Counted from the first letter of the stretch, positions 10,442-20,284 are shown. The stretch: 64,000 bases of DNA from Bacteroidaceae bacterium (GCA_017410245.1 JAFQRE010000044.1:40014-104013), one strand, 5' to 3'. Notes: generated by a model from the sequence alone, not told the origin. Program-made: numbers and translations.

Positions 10442-10478
10442 CGAGGGTGTGTCAAAATTGTTTTTTGACACACCCTCG
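10442..10478 (+). terminator. Rho-independent terminator after the OFOR operon
   Basis: Perfect 16-bp stem cgagggtgtgtcaaaa / ttttgacacaccctcg, 5-nt loop, followed by ttttg. Confidence 0.8.
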
Positions 10479-10644
10479 TTTTGTTTATAATACCCGCCAT
10501 GAAGATTGTACTACAATAGCAAGCCAACTTAAATAGTTGAATAATAAACGCACCCTACACACCAACTATTTGGTTTTCATAAACATACAGCACAAAGGAA
10601 TAAAAAAAGCACCTTTATATGCATAAAATATTGCAAATATATAC

Positions 10645-10652
10645 TATATTTG
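10645..10652 (+). promoter_or_regulatory. Bacteroidota -7 promoter box (TAnnTTTG)
   Basis: TATATTTG lies 27 nt upstream of ATG 10679. Confidence 0.45.
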
Positions 10653-10678
10653 TGGTGAAGTTTTAAAAAAAATAAACC

Positions 10679-13600
10679 ATGAAAAAATTATTGCTTATCA
10701 ATTTCCTTATCATTGCTGCGCTATGCAATATCGCTACCGCACAAATTGCGATAAAGAAAAATAACATCAAGACATTCACTACCAAGACATTCACCCCAAA
10801 CCAACAGAGAGCTATCAACTACGCATCGCCGGCCAACAATAGTGGCTTGACGGCTCAAGCCTATGGCATAAGAGCCTACGACCAAGAGCGTGGTGCGGTG
10901 CAAGAATTTGTCTCATTTTATATCGATCTTTCCGACACGATTGTAACCATAAAAGACCTTTCGGACTACTACATACGCGCCGCCGCCTATGCCAACGGAT
11001 ACTACTACATGGCCAATTCACAAGATGGCATGTGTACCTACGACCTATTGGCAATGGATATGGAGACTTTTGACATAGATACTATAGCCAGTTACACGAT
11101 AGAAAACTACGAGTCGGCCATTATTTTCTCCGACATGACCTTCGACAGCACTACCGGCAATATGTATGGTATAGGCTACGACCTCGAAACAGCCATCAGC
11201 GAGGACGACGACAACACATTGGAAGTAGAACTCGCTCTACTCAAGATAGACCTCACAACCGGAAAAATGACCAATATAGGACATCAGAGCTTTTGCAATC
11301 TTGTTACTATTGCCTGTGATAACAAGGGAGAACTTTGGGGTATTGACTCCAATGGCAAGCTATGGAGCATAGATAAAAGCAACGGTATGCCCTTGGAAGT
11401 GAAAGGCAGCAGTACCGATATACCCTCAACCCTACAATCGATGTGCTTCAATCCTGCCGATGGGTAACTCTACTGGAGCGGTTTCTCGGTTAAGAACAAT
11501 ATAGGAACAGGATTTTTCTCAAAATTTGATTTCAGCAATGATGCAATTACCTACCACAAGATAGGCAATTTCAATGACAACTCCGAGGTTATAGGTCTAT
11601 ATATCGACAGCAATCCGGTCGCACCCAACCGCCCAAGTGCCGTTACCGATCTCACCATCACACCTGCGGCGGCAGGCGCTGGCTCGGCCACTCTCTCATG
11701 GACCAACCCCTCTACCCTCATCGATGGTACTGCCATCAACGAAAGTATCTCTATAAGCATTATTCGTGACGATGCATTGGTAGCAACTCTCAGCAACCAA
11801 GTTGCCGGACAAAAAGCAACCTATATAGACCAAAACATAGCTTCGGGCTTGCACGAATATCGCATCATCTGTAACAACAATGCAGGCGAAGGCAAACCGG
11901 CAGTTGTTAAGAACATATTCATAGGCCGCGATATACCGGGCCAAGTGCAAAACCTCGTTGCTGCCAAGGTAGCCGATGAAAACAAGGTTATAGTAAGTTG
12001 GGAACAACCCCTATCGGGTAAATACGGTGGTTGGTACGACCTTGCGTCGCTCACCTACAGCGTAACACGCATGCCCGACAATAAAGTAATAGCTGAAGAT
12101 ATTACTGAAACTACTGTTACCGACACCGACTTTGAAATATCGCGTGGCTATACCTATGAAGTGATAGCTAAAACAACCGACGGTATAGGCGTGCCACGCA
12201 CCAGCAACAACGTAGTTGTCGGAACAGCCCTCAGCATTCCGTACTCTACATCATTTGCTACCGATACCGAAGTTAATGCGTGGACCGTTATTGATGGCGA
12301 CAATGATGGACACGAATGGTTCCCGGCCTCATACAAAAGCACAGGACAGACATTCATGAAATTTGCTCCCGATACCAAGTACAATCCCGAAACCGAGGCA
12401 AACGATTGGCTCATCACTCCGCCCCTTGCACTCAAAGCAGGTGTAACATACGCCATGGAATACGATATGCTGTTGTTGGGTACAATATTCCCCGTCGATT
12501 ACAACGTCACATTGGGTAGCGAGGCCACCATCGAGGCACAATCTACCATCATCAGCTCTATCGACAGCCTCGTTATTGATATGCAATTTGCGCCACAAAA
12601 GGTCACATTCAAGGTGAATGCCGATGGCAACTACCACTTAGGTTTCCACATACGCAATGCAGTGATGGTGCAAATCACCAATGTGTTGGTACGTGAGTTA
12701 GATGCTATTGATATTGCCATAGAAGAGGTTAGTTGCTTCAATATAGGAAATGTAAACAGAGAAATCAGCTTTGCTATAACCGTAAAAAACGAGGGAGCTG
12801 ATGCGTTAGAAGGATACGTTATCAATATTGTAGATGAAAACGACAACGTAATCACTTATACCCAAAACAGCCCCTTACTCGAGCCAAACCAATGGCGAGA
12901 ACACCTCACACAATGGACACCTCAAGAAGAGGGCACTATTACACTGTATGCCGTTGTAGAAATGGAGGGAGACACTACTACAAGCAACAACCGTAGTGAA
13001 GCTTTCGAAATAGAGATAATAGAGGAAGGCGACTGGGCACACATAAAGCACAATGAAGCCATCATGAGCTATAGCCCCATACAACCTTCATACAAGTATA
13101 GTCGCTCGGAGACATTGTATTATGCCGAAGAGATTAGCCATAGCAATATAGCATTTGAGACAGGCAGTTGGCTCATAAAAGGTATCATATACTATCCCTA
13201 CGTATTCAACAACCAAGATGTAAAGAACTTCAATGCCCAAGTATTCCTCACTCACTCTACCGACAAGGAAATTGAGGGCCCCGAGGCATCATTAGCCCTG
13301 ACACAAGTCTTTGACGGCGTAGTACAGCCCACCCCAACCTCTACTTCTATCTACATACCATTCGATACCCCTTTCATCTACACCGGTGGTAAAAACCTCA
13401 TTGTGCACACTCGTCACAGCTCCAAGCAGACAGACTATAACCTGATGTTCTATGGCAGTCGCGATGACAGTGGATTGTGGCGTATGTGGTACTACTCGGG
13501 CAATAGTAGTGAATTTGACCTCTCGCGAGCTACATTCGACACCGAGATTGCCAACATTTCATTCTTGATGGTTGATAATGCCGCTGTCAAAGGGACAACC

Positions 13601-13819
13601 ACCAACACCGCACCACTCGCCTACCTATCGCATGGCAATCTGTTTGTTGCCGGTGAGTACGACACCATACACATATACAGCATAGATGGTTGCTTGCATG
13701 GCACATACGACAATAGTGAGCTATACATACCTATGCACGGCTATACAGCTGGTATATACATCGTCGAAGTTATCAGCAACGGAGCTCGCTCTACATCGAA
13801 AATAGTTGTAAGCCGATAG
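10679..13819 (+). pseudogene. Large T9SS-sorted surface protein (repeat/propeller-like N-terminal region, two FN3-like modules, cleaved-adhesin/choice-of-anchor-J-like domain, T9SS C-terminal domain), interrupted by one in-frame TAA at 11465-11467
   Basis: Listed ORFs 10679..11467 and 11777..13819 are in the same phase, and 11468..11776 has no stop. Signal peptide MKKLLLINFLIIAALCNIATAQ. FN3-like LSWTNPSTLIDGTAI and VIVSWEQP. WTVIDGDNDGHEWF adhesin-like motif. C-terminal GIYIVEVISNGARSTSKIVVSR is typical of a T9SS CTD. Confidence 0.75.
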
Positions 13820-13836
13820 GAAATCTATCCCTATAA

Positions 13837-13870
13837 GAAAATGCCCTGCAGTATATTGTAGGGCATTTTC
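13837..13870 (+). terminator. Rho-independent terminator
   Basis: 11-bp stem gaaaatgccct / agggcattttc followed by a T-rich tract. Confidence 0.7.
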
Positions 13871-13935
13871 TTGTTATTTGTTAAAATCCCCCATTTTTAT
13901 TGTGACAAAGAGGCGGTATTATCAATTTATTATAC

Positions 13936-13943
13936 TACTTTTG
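13936..13943 (+). promoter_or_regulatory. Bacteroidota -7 promoter box
   Basis: TACTTTTG lies 39 nt upstream of ATG 13982. Confidence 0.5.
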
Positions 13944-13981
13944 CACTCATTAATTTAAAAACCTATAAATCTTATAATTTT

Positions 13982-15385
13982 ATGTATGCAGCACTTGTAG
14001 TGGTGTTCGTTATAGGCTATCTTCTCATAGCACTCGAACACCCCATTAAAATCGACAAATCAGCTACTGCCCTGCTCTTGGGTATGGTAATGTGGGTACT
14101 CTTTATCCTCGGAGCCGATGCACTTCCTTTTGTAGTTGAAAAAGCAGCTGAGCATGGCTATGCCGGACACCTCAGCGACTTTGTCAATGCCGAGATTTTG
14201 CACCACATGGGTGAGGTAGCAACTACATTGTTCTTCCTTATCGGTGCAATGACTATCGTTGAGTTGGTTGATATTCACGGAGGTTTCTGTATCATCACCG
14301 ACCGCATCACATCGCGCAACAAAAAGAAACTCTTGTGGATTCTTGGTTTCGTAACATTCTTCATGTCGGCTATCCTCGATAACCTCACAACATCTATCGT
14401 AATGGTAATGTTGTTGCGTAAGCTTATCAACGAACCCAAAGAGCGTTGGTTGTATGCAAGTATGATTATCATCGCAGCCAATGCCGGTGGCGCATGGTCG
14501 CCCATTGGCGATATTACAACCATCATGTTGTGGGTTAAGGGCAACGTCTCTACAGGTGCTGTTATAATGTACATATTGCTCCCCAGCCTCATGGCTATGA
14601 TTATCCCCATGCTGTTTGTTACACGCAAGCTCAAAGGCGAGTTGGCAGCAGTAGAGTGTGGCGAAGTTGAGGAGAACAAGAACATAACCAAGGGTGAGCG
14701 CAAGTTGCTCTTCTTCTTGGGCGTATGCGGTCTTATATTCGTACCCATCTTCAAGACTATCACTCACTTGCCTCCCTTCATCGGTATGCTCTTCTCATTG
14801 AGTATCTTGTGGATTGTAACCGAGATGTTGTACAACGGCAAGGCATTGGATCCTCAACAACAATTCCGTTTGCCCCGCGTATTGCAACGCATCGATACCC
14901 CCACTATCCTCTTCTTCTTGGGTATCCTCATGGCAGTTGCCGTATTGCAATCGACAGGTATCCTCGGCGATATGGCCAATATGTTGGCTGTGAATGTAGG
15001 CGATGTAAATATTATCAATATCGTACTCGGCTTCCTCTCTTCTATCGTCGATAACGTACCCCTCGTTGCTGCCGCACAAGGTATGTACGAAATTATACCC
15101 CTCGAGCAAGCACAAGCTCTTGCTGCCGGAAGCTGGGATATCAATTTCATACAAGATGGTAATTTCTGGTTGCTTCTTACCTACTGCGCCGGTGTGGGTG
15201 GCTCAATGCTCATCATCGGTTCGGCTGCAGGTGTTGTGGTAATGGGTCTTGAGAAAATCAACTTCGGTTGGTACTTGAAGAACATCTCGCTCGTGGCAAT
15301 GCTTGGCTACTTGGCCGGTGCTGCTGTTCTCATTGGCGAGTTGTTGCTCTTCCCTCCTGCACAAGTACTCTATAACATAGGATAA
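13982..15385 (+). CDS. nhaD: Na+/H+ antiporter, NhaD/ArsB permease superfamily
   Basis: 467-aa polytopic membrane protein (MYAALVVVFVIGYLLIALEHP..., SAILDNLTTSIVM, SSIVDNVPLVAAA). The listed ORF start 13871 extends over the terminator and promoter; ATG 13982 is preferred. Confidence 0.75.
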   Translation: MYAALVVVFVIGYLLIALEHPIKIDKSATALLLGMVMWVLFILGADALPFVVEKAAEHGYAGHLSDFVNAEILHHMGEVATTLFFLIGAMTIVELVDIHGGFCIITDRITSRNKKKLLWILGFVTFFMSAILDNLTTSIVMVMLLRKLINEPKERWLYASMIIIAANAGGAWSPIGDITTIMLWVKGNVSTGAVIMYILLPSLMAMIIPMLFVTRKLKGELAAVECGEVEENKNITKGERKLLFFLGVCGLIFVPIFKTITHLPPFIGMLFSLSILWIVTEMLYNGKALDPQQQFRLPRVLQRIDTPTILFFLGILMAVAVLQSTGILGDMANMLAVNVGDVNIINIVLGFLSSIVDNVPLVAAAQGMYEIIPLEQAQALAAGSWDINFIQDGNFWLLLTYCAGVGGSMLIIGSAAGVVVMGLEKINFGWYLKNISLVAMLGYLAGAAVLIGELLLFPPAQVLYNIG

Positions 15386-15410
15386 GCCACACACACTTAT
15401 CGTATATAAA

Positions 15411-15446
15411 CAAGGTTGTGCCTGCTCTTTTGCAAGCACAACCTTG
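15411..15446 (+). terminator. Rho-independent terminator after nhaD
   Basis: 11-bp stem caaggttgtgc / gcacaaccttg followed by an AT-rich tract. Confidence 0.6.
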
Positions 15447-15702
15447 ATATTTTAAATAAACGTTCGACAGAACAATTTCTGTTTCAATGCCGTGCAACTA
15501 CCCGAAGACTCATTGGAAGCACTATCTATTCATGAACCTACCCATAACCTCGAAGATGGTCACGGCATAGAACTTAGAAATAAAATGATAGGACCAAGAG
15601 GAGAAAAAGCCTTCAAGCGCAACCAAGATCTCTTCTATATGGGCAAGGGGCACTATTGGGTATTTTAATACACCTACCGTCCAATAAGGCTATGATACAA
15701 AG

Positions 15703-15731
15703 AAGGCCCTCAGAACTATTCTGAGAGCCTT
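15703..15731. terminator. Hairpin terminator 27 nt downstream of the GGGtGRT gene (possibly bidirectional)
   Basis: aaggccctcagaa / ttctgagagcctt stem with one mismatch. ttttt follows on the + strand; cttcttt follows on the - strand. Confidence 0.55.
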
Positions 15732-15757
15732 TTTCTATATGCAATCGTAACGATTGA

Positions 15758-16768
15758 TTACTTATTGAGTGCAGTAGCAACGTCAACAGCGCAAGCTACT
15801 GTACAACCTACCATGGGGTTGTTACCGATGCCGAGGAAGCCCATCATCTCAACGTGAGCAGGAACTGAAGAAGAACCGGCAAATTGAGCATCGCTGTGCA
15901 TACGACCCATAGTATCGGTCATACCATACGAAGCAGGACCTGCAGCCATGTTATCGGGGTGCAATGTACGACCTGTACCACCACCCGAAGCTACTGAGAA
16001 ATACTTTTTGCCACGCTCGTTGCACTCTTTCTTATAAGTACCGGCAACGGGGTGTTGGAAACGAGTGGGGTTGGTAGAGTTACCGGTAATAGATACATCT
16101 ACACCTTCGTGCCACATGATGGCAACACCCTCACGCACGTCATCAGCACCGTAGCATTTCACCTTAGCACGATCGCCTTGCGAGAAGGGAACTTCACGAA
16201 TTACTTTCAACTCACCTGTAGCGTAGTCGAGCTCGGTTTGAACATATGTAAAACCGTTGATACGCGAGATGATGTAAGCAGCGTCTTTACCAAGACCGTT
16301 GAGGATACAACGGAGAGGTTCTTTACGCACCTTGTCGGCTTTAGCGGCAATCTTGATAGCACCTTCGGCAGCAGCAAAAGACTCGTGGCCTGCCAAGAAA
16401 GCAAAGCACTTAGTCTCTTCGCGGAGCAAACGAGCAGCAAGGTTACCATGACCAAGACCTACTTTACGGTCGTCGGCAACAGAACCGGGGATACAGAATG
16501 CTTGCAAACCGATACCGATAGCCTCAGCAGCATCGGCAGCCGATGTGCAACCTTTCTTCAATGCGATAGCAGCACCTACAACGTATGCCCACTTAGCGTT
16601 CTCGAAGCAGATAGGTTGAGTTTCTTCACAAGTTTTATAGGGGTCGAGACCATAAGACTCACATATAGCGTTAGCCTCTTCGATGTCTTTGATGCCGTTG
16701 GCGTTCAATGCGGCAAGAATTTGCTTGATACGACGGTCTTGGCTTTCAAATTTTACTTCTCTTATCAT
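15758..16768 (-). CDS. GGGtGRT-family protein (conserved, function unknown)
   Basis: 336 aa containing the eponymous motif SVASGGGTGRTLHPD. Strong codon bias. Canonical AGGAGG lies 8 nt upstream of the ATG. Confidence 0.8.
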   Translation of the reverse strand: MIREVKFESQDRRIKQILAALNANGIKDIEEANAICESYGLDPYKTCEETQPICFENAKWAYVVGAAIALKKGCTSAADAAEAIGIGLQAFCIPGSVADDRKVGLGHGNLAARLLREETKCFAFLAGHESFAAAEGAIKIAAKADKVRKEPLRCILNGLGKDAAYIISRINGFTYVQTELDYATGELKVIREVPFSQGDRAKVKCYGADDVREGVAIMWHEGVDVSITGNSTNPTRFQHPVAGTYKKECNERGKKYFSVASGGGTGRTLHPDNMAAGPASYGMTDTMGRMHSDAQFAGSSSVPAHVEMMGFLGIGNNPMVGCTVACAVDVATALNK

Positions 16769-16776
16769 AGTTTCTT

Positions 16777-16782
16777 CCTCCT
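16777..16782 (-). promoter_or_regulatory. Canonical Shine-Dalgarno AGGAGG for the GGGtGRT gene
   Basis: The minus strand reads taggaggaagaaactATG, with 8-nt spacing. Rare for this window. Confidence 0.5.
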
Positions 16783-16786
16783 ATTA

Positions 16787-17488
16787 TTATTCGTGACGGG
16801 GGTCAATGTGTTTAACTGCACCTTGCTCGGTAGTGAAGCGGCCGTAAGTACCGGTAGCTTTCTTGAGAGCTTCGTTGGCATCTTCGCCTTTCTTCACCAT
16901 ATCCATGAACTTGCCAAGGTGAACAAACTCGTAACCGATAATTTCGTTATTCTCATCGAGGGCTACGCGGTTGCAATAACCTTCGGCCATCTCGAGGTAG
17001 CGAGGACCTTTGGCCAATGTACCATACATAGTACCAACTTGGCTACGCAAACCTTTACCAAGGTCTTCGAGGCCTGCACCAATCATAAGACCACCTTCGC
17101 TGAAGGCCGATTGAGTGCGACCATAAACGATTTGCAAGAACAACTCGCGCATAGCGGTGTTGATAGCATCGCAAACGAGGTCGGTATTGAGCGCCTCAAG
17201 GATTGTTTTACCGGGGAGAATTTCAGAAGCCATAGCAGCCGAGTGAGTCATACCCGAGCAACCAATAGTCTCAACAAGAGCCTCTTGGATAACACCTTCC
17301 TTAACATTGAGAGTGAGCTTGCAAGCACCTTGTTGAGGAGCACACCAACCCACACCATGTGTCAAGCCCGAGATATCTACCACTTCTTTAGCTTTCACCC
17401 AACGACCCTCTTCGGGAATGGGTGCAGGACCATGATTGGTTCCTTTCTTTACAACACACATGTGTTCTACTTCGTGTGAATAAATCAT
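16787..17488 (-). CDS. NifU/IscU-N-terminal-like Fe-S scaffold-type protein with C-terminal extension
   Basis: 233 aa. Cys-containing segments WCAPQQGACKLTL and ETIGCSGMTHSAAMASE resemble the IscU/NifU N-domain layout. 18-nt gap to the GGGtGRT gene. Confidence 0.6.
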   Translation of the reverse strand: MIYSHEVEHMCVVKKGTNHGPAPIPEEGRWVKAKEVVDISGLTHGVGWCAPQQGACKLTLNVKEGVIQEALVETIGCSGMTHSAAMASEILPGKTILEALNTDLVCDAINTAMRELFLQIVYGRTQSAFSEGGLMIGAGLEDLGKGLRSQVGTMYGTLAKGPRYLEMAEGYCNRVALDENNEIIGYEFVHLGKFMDMVKKGEDANEALKKATGTYGRFTTEQGAVKHIDPRHE

Positions 17489-17632
17489 AACTTAAACGTT
17501 TACTGTGTTATATGAATATAAATTTACCTATTTAAGAACGAAAATCTATTCTATCTTTTACCTTCTCGACACTGCCTCAGTAGCGGGGCACGCCCGTTAT
17601 AGCCATTTGGTACGCAATGTCGCAATTGAGCG

Positions 17633-17640
17633 CAAAGTTA
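17633..17640 (-). promoter_or_regulatory. Bacteroidota -7 promoter box for the NifU-like/GGGtGRT operon
   Basis: The minus strand reads TAACTTTG about 145 nt upstream of ATG 17488, which implies a long leader. Confidence 0.4.
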
Positions 17641-17762
17641 CTAATATTTTTTATTTAATACGCAAGCCAAAGGCTCAAAACTTCACTTCTTTTCAGTGCA
17701 ACGTTTGTGCAACAAATGCGTATTTTAAGTGCAATCTTGTTGCCGACCTCGTATTTTTTGCG

Positions 17763-17770
17763 TAACTTTG
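17763..17770 (+). promoter_or_regulatory. Bacteroidota -7 promoter box for pfp
   Basis: TAACTTTG lies 45 nt upstream of ATG 17815. Confidence 0.5.
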
Positions 17771-17814
17771 CGACTTCAAAAGAGTATTAATTTTAAGACA
17801 AAAGATTTCATCTC

Positions 17815-19488
17815 ATGAAAAAGAGTGCATTACAGATTGCTCGAGCAGCATATTGTCCCAAATTGCCCACTGCGATACAAGCAGGTGTGCATTGCGTAGA
17901 GGGGGCTACAACAGAGTCGGTTGCCGATCAAGAAGAAATTGCTCGACTATTTCCCTACACTTATGGCATGCCCGTACTTCGCTTTGAAAGTAGCGAAGAG
18001 GCACGTCAATATCCTGCCATCAACGTTGGTGTAATTCTCTCGGGAGGTCAAGCTCCCGGTGGACACAACGTTATATCGGGTCTTTTCGATGGTCTGAAAG
18101 CAATGAACAGCGAAAGTCGTCTTTTCGGCTTCCTATTGGGCCCTGCAGGTCTCATCAACCACCAATATAAAGAACTCACTGCCGACATTATAGACGAATA
18201 TCGCAATACCGGTGGTTTCGACATTATAGGTTCGGGTCGTACCAAATTGGAGACAAAAGAGCAATTTGACAGTGGCTTGGAGATACTCCGCGCACTCAAT
18301 ATCACAGCTCTTGTCATCATCGGTGGTGATGACTCTAACACCAACGCTTGCGTGTTGGCCGAATACTACAAGAAAATAAATGCCGGAGTACAAGTAATAG
18401 GTTGCCCCAAAACCATAGATGGTGACTTGAAAAACGAAATGATTGAGACATCATTTGGTTTCGACACAGCGTGCAAAGTATATGGCGAGATGATAGGCAA
18501 CATTCAACGCGATTGCAACTCGGCTCAGAAATATTGGCACTTCATCAAGTTGATGGGTCGCTCGGCCTCGCACATCGCTCTCGAATGCGCTTTGCAAACT
18601 CAACCCAACATTTGCCTCATATCGGAAGAGGTAGAGCAACGACAAATGACTCTCGACGACATTGTAACCTACATAGCCAATGTAGTAGCTACACGCTCGG
18701 CCAATGGCAAGAACTACGGTGTAGCCCTTATTCCCGAGGGTATCATTGAGTTTATCCCCGCTATGAAAAACCTCATCAGCGAGCTCAACGATTTCTTGGC
18801 ACACCATGCTGCCGAGTTCTCTCGCGTACCCCGTAACGAGCAAATCAAATATATCATCGACCACATATCGCCCGAGAATGCTGCCATCTATGCCAGCTTG
18901 CCCGAGCGCGTGGCTCGTCAGCTCACACTCGACCGCGACCCTCATGGCAACGTACAAGTTTCGCTCATAGAGACTGAGAAGTTGCTGGGTGAGATGGTAG
19001 GTCGCAAACTGGCACAGATGAAAGAGGCCGGCAAGTTTAATGGTAAGTTCTCTACTCAATATCACTTCTTTGGCTACGAAGGCCGTTGTGCCACACCCTC
19101 AAACTTCGATGCCGACTATTGCTACTCATTGGGCTACACAGCTGCATTGCTCATTGGCGAGGGTAAGACAGGATATATGTCGAGCGTACGCAACACAACA
19201 CGCCCTGCAGCCGAATGGATTGCCGGTGGTGTACCTGTAACCATGATGATGAACATGGAGCGTCGCCATGGCGAAATGAAACCTGTTATACAAAAAGCTC
19301 TTGTCGATCTCAACGGCGAGCCATTCCGCTACTTGGCCGAGAACCGCGAGAAATGGGCATACGAAACCATGTATGTATATCCCGGTCCTATCCAATACTT
19401 TGGTCCTACCGAGGTGTGCGACCAGCCTACTGTAACATTGGCTCTCGAACAACGCACACACATCAAGCACGGTGGCCGTTTGGTATAA
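17815..19488 (+). CDS. pfp: Diphosphate--fructose-6-phosphate 1-phosphotransferase (PPi-PFK)
   Basis: GGQAPGGHNV, GGDDSNTNA (Asp in the GGDDS position is typical of PPi-dependent enzymes), PKTIDGDL. About 550 aa, the long PFP type. Confidence 0.9.
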   Translation: MKKSALQIARAAYCPKLPTAIQAGVHCVEGATTESVADQEEIARLFPYTYGMPVLRFESSEEARQYPAINVGVILSGGQAPGGHNVISGLFDGLKAMNSESRLFGFLLGPAGLINHQYKELTADIIDEYRNTGGFDIIGSGRTKLETKEQFDSGLEILRALNITALVIIGGDDSNTNACVLAEYYKKINAGVQVIGCPKTIDGDLKNEMIETSFGFDTACKVYGEMIGNIQRDCNSAQKYWHFIKLMGRSASHIALECALQTQPNICLISEEVEQRQMTLDDIVTYIANVVATRSANGKNYGVALIPEGIIEFIPAMKNLISELNDFLAHHAAEFSRVPRNEQIKYIIDHISPENAAIYASLPERVARQLTLDRDPHGNVQVSLIETEKLLGEMVGRKLAQMKEAGKFNGKFSTQYHFFGYEGRCATPSNFDADYCYSLGYTAALLIGEGKTGYMSSVRNTTRPAAEWIAGGVPVTMMMNMERRHGEMKPVIQKALVDLNGEPFRYLAENREKWAYETMYVYPGPIQYFGPTEVCDQPTVTLALEQRTHIKHGGRLV

Positions 19489-19556
19489 GCGAATGTTTCT
19501 TAAAAATACGGATTGCCCTCCTCTCAGCTTGCATTAACCGAGGGTATATCCCAAAC

Positions 19557-19591
19557 AAGAGGCAACATCGGAAAATCCGGTGTTGCCTCTT
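19557..19591. terminator. Bidirectional hairpin terminator between pfp and the MBL hydrolase gene
   Basis: 15-bp stem aagaggcaacatcgg / ccggtgttgcctctt (one G-U pair), 5-nt loop. Confidence 0.7.
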
Positions 19592-19617
19592 AAATTTTCT
19601 ATTTCTCTTTATCTATT

Positions 19618-20259
19618 TTATTGGAAGAACGGATTGCTACGCATCTCCTCCCCTATGGTAGTGTCGCCGCCATGACCGGGGTATGCTACAGTATCGGCCG
19701 GCAAGGTGAAGAGACGGGTGCGCACAGCATTGAGCAATTCCTCGTAATCGCCTCCGGGCAGGTCTGTACGACCTATACTACCCTCAAAGAGTGCATCACC
19801 GCAAAACACACAACCCGATTGTGGCAAATAGTAGGCAAGACTACCCTTCGAGTGTCCGGGAACGTGCAGTACCTCAATAGGCTCATTACCAACATATATG
19901 GTATCGCCCTCTTGCAAATAGCGACCCGTAGCTATAGGTGCCTCGGGCAGCGGAGTGCCATACATATCGGCCTGCATAGGCATCAGATTGAGCAAGAAAT
20001 CATCGGCTTGACTTGCCGACACAGGTACACCATAGGTGCGCGACAAATAAGGCGCTCCAAAATAGTGATCGAGATGTAAGTGAGTGAGCAACAAATGCTT
20101 CACTGTGAGTTTATTATTACTTATAAAGTTGTCCAACACCTCACACTCGCGACGATAGTAACAACCGGGATCGATAATGGCACACTCGCCACTTGTCTCG
20201 TCCCACAACACGTAAGTGAGTTCCTGAAAGGCATTGAATGAAAAGCGGGTTATCTTCAT
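19618..20259 (-). CDS. MBL-fold metallo-hydrolase (glyoxalase II-like)
   Basis: HLHLDHYFG (HxHxDH), HVPGHSKGS, GDALF motifs. The listed ORF starts at TTG 20277; ATG 20259 (MKITRF) is preferred. Confidence 0.8.
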   Translation of the reverse strand: MKITRFSFNAFQELTYVLWDETSGECAIIDPGCYYRRECEVLDNFISNNKLTVKHLLLTHLHLDHYFGAPYLSRTYGVPVSASQADDFLLNLMPMQADMYGTPLPEAPIATGRYLQEGDTIYVGNEPIEVLHVPGHSKGSLAYYLPQSGCVFCGDALFEGSIGRTDLPGGDYEELLNAVRTRLFTLPADTVAYPGHGGDTTIGEEMRSNPFFQ

Positions 20260-20284
20260 AATACTTATGCGAAACAATGATTAA

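Noticed and set aside
14060-14767. 235- and 162-codon minus-strand ORFs inside nhaD
   Set aside because: They are antisense to a convincing polytopic transporter. Their translations are not membrane-like or motif-bearing.
16052-17479. 475-codon ORF on the + strand spanning both the GGGtGRT and NifU-like genes
   Set aside because: It is exactly antisense to two genes with clear family motifs and strong codon bias. Its translation is low-complexity (Thr/Ser/Val/Phe-rich) with no motif, and it crosses the intergenic gap of the real genes. This is a typical shadow ORF.
17489-17632. Possible riboswitch in the ~145-nt leader of the NifU-like/GGGtGRT operon
   Set aside because: I compared it mentally with the TPP, cobalamin, SAM, Moco and THF core motifs and found no match. 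It is kept only as a note within the operon finding, pending an Rfam scan.
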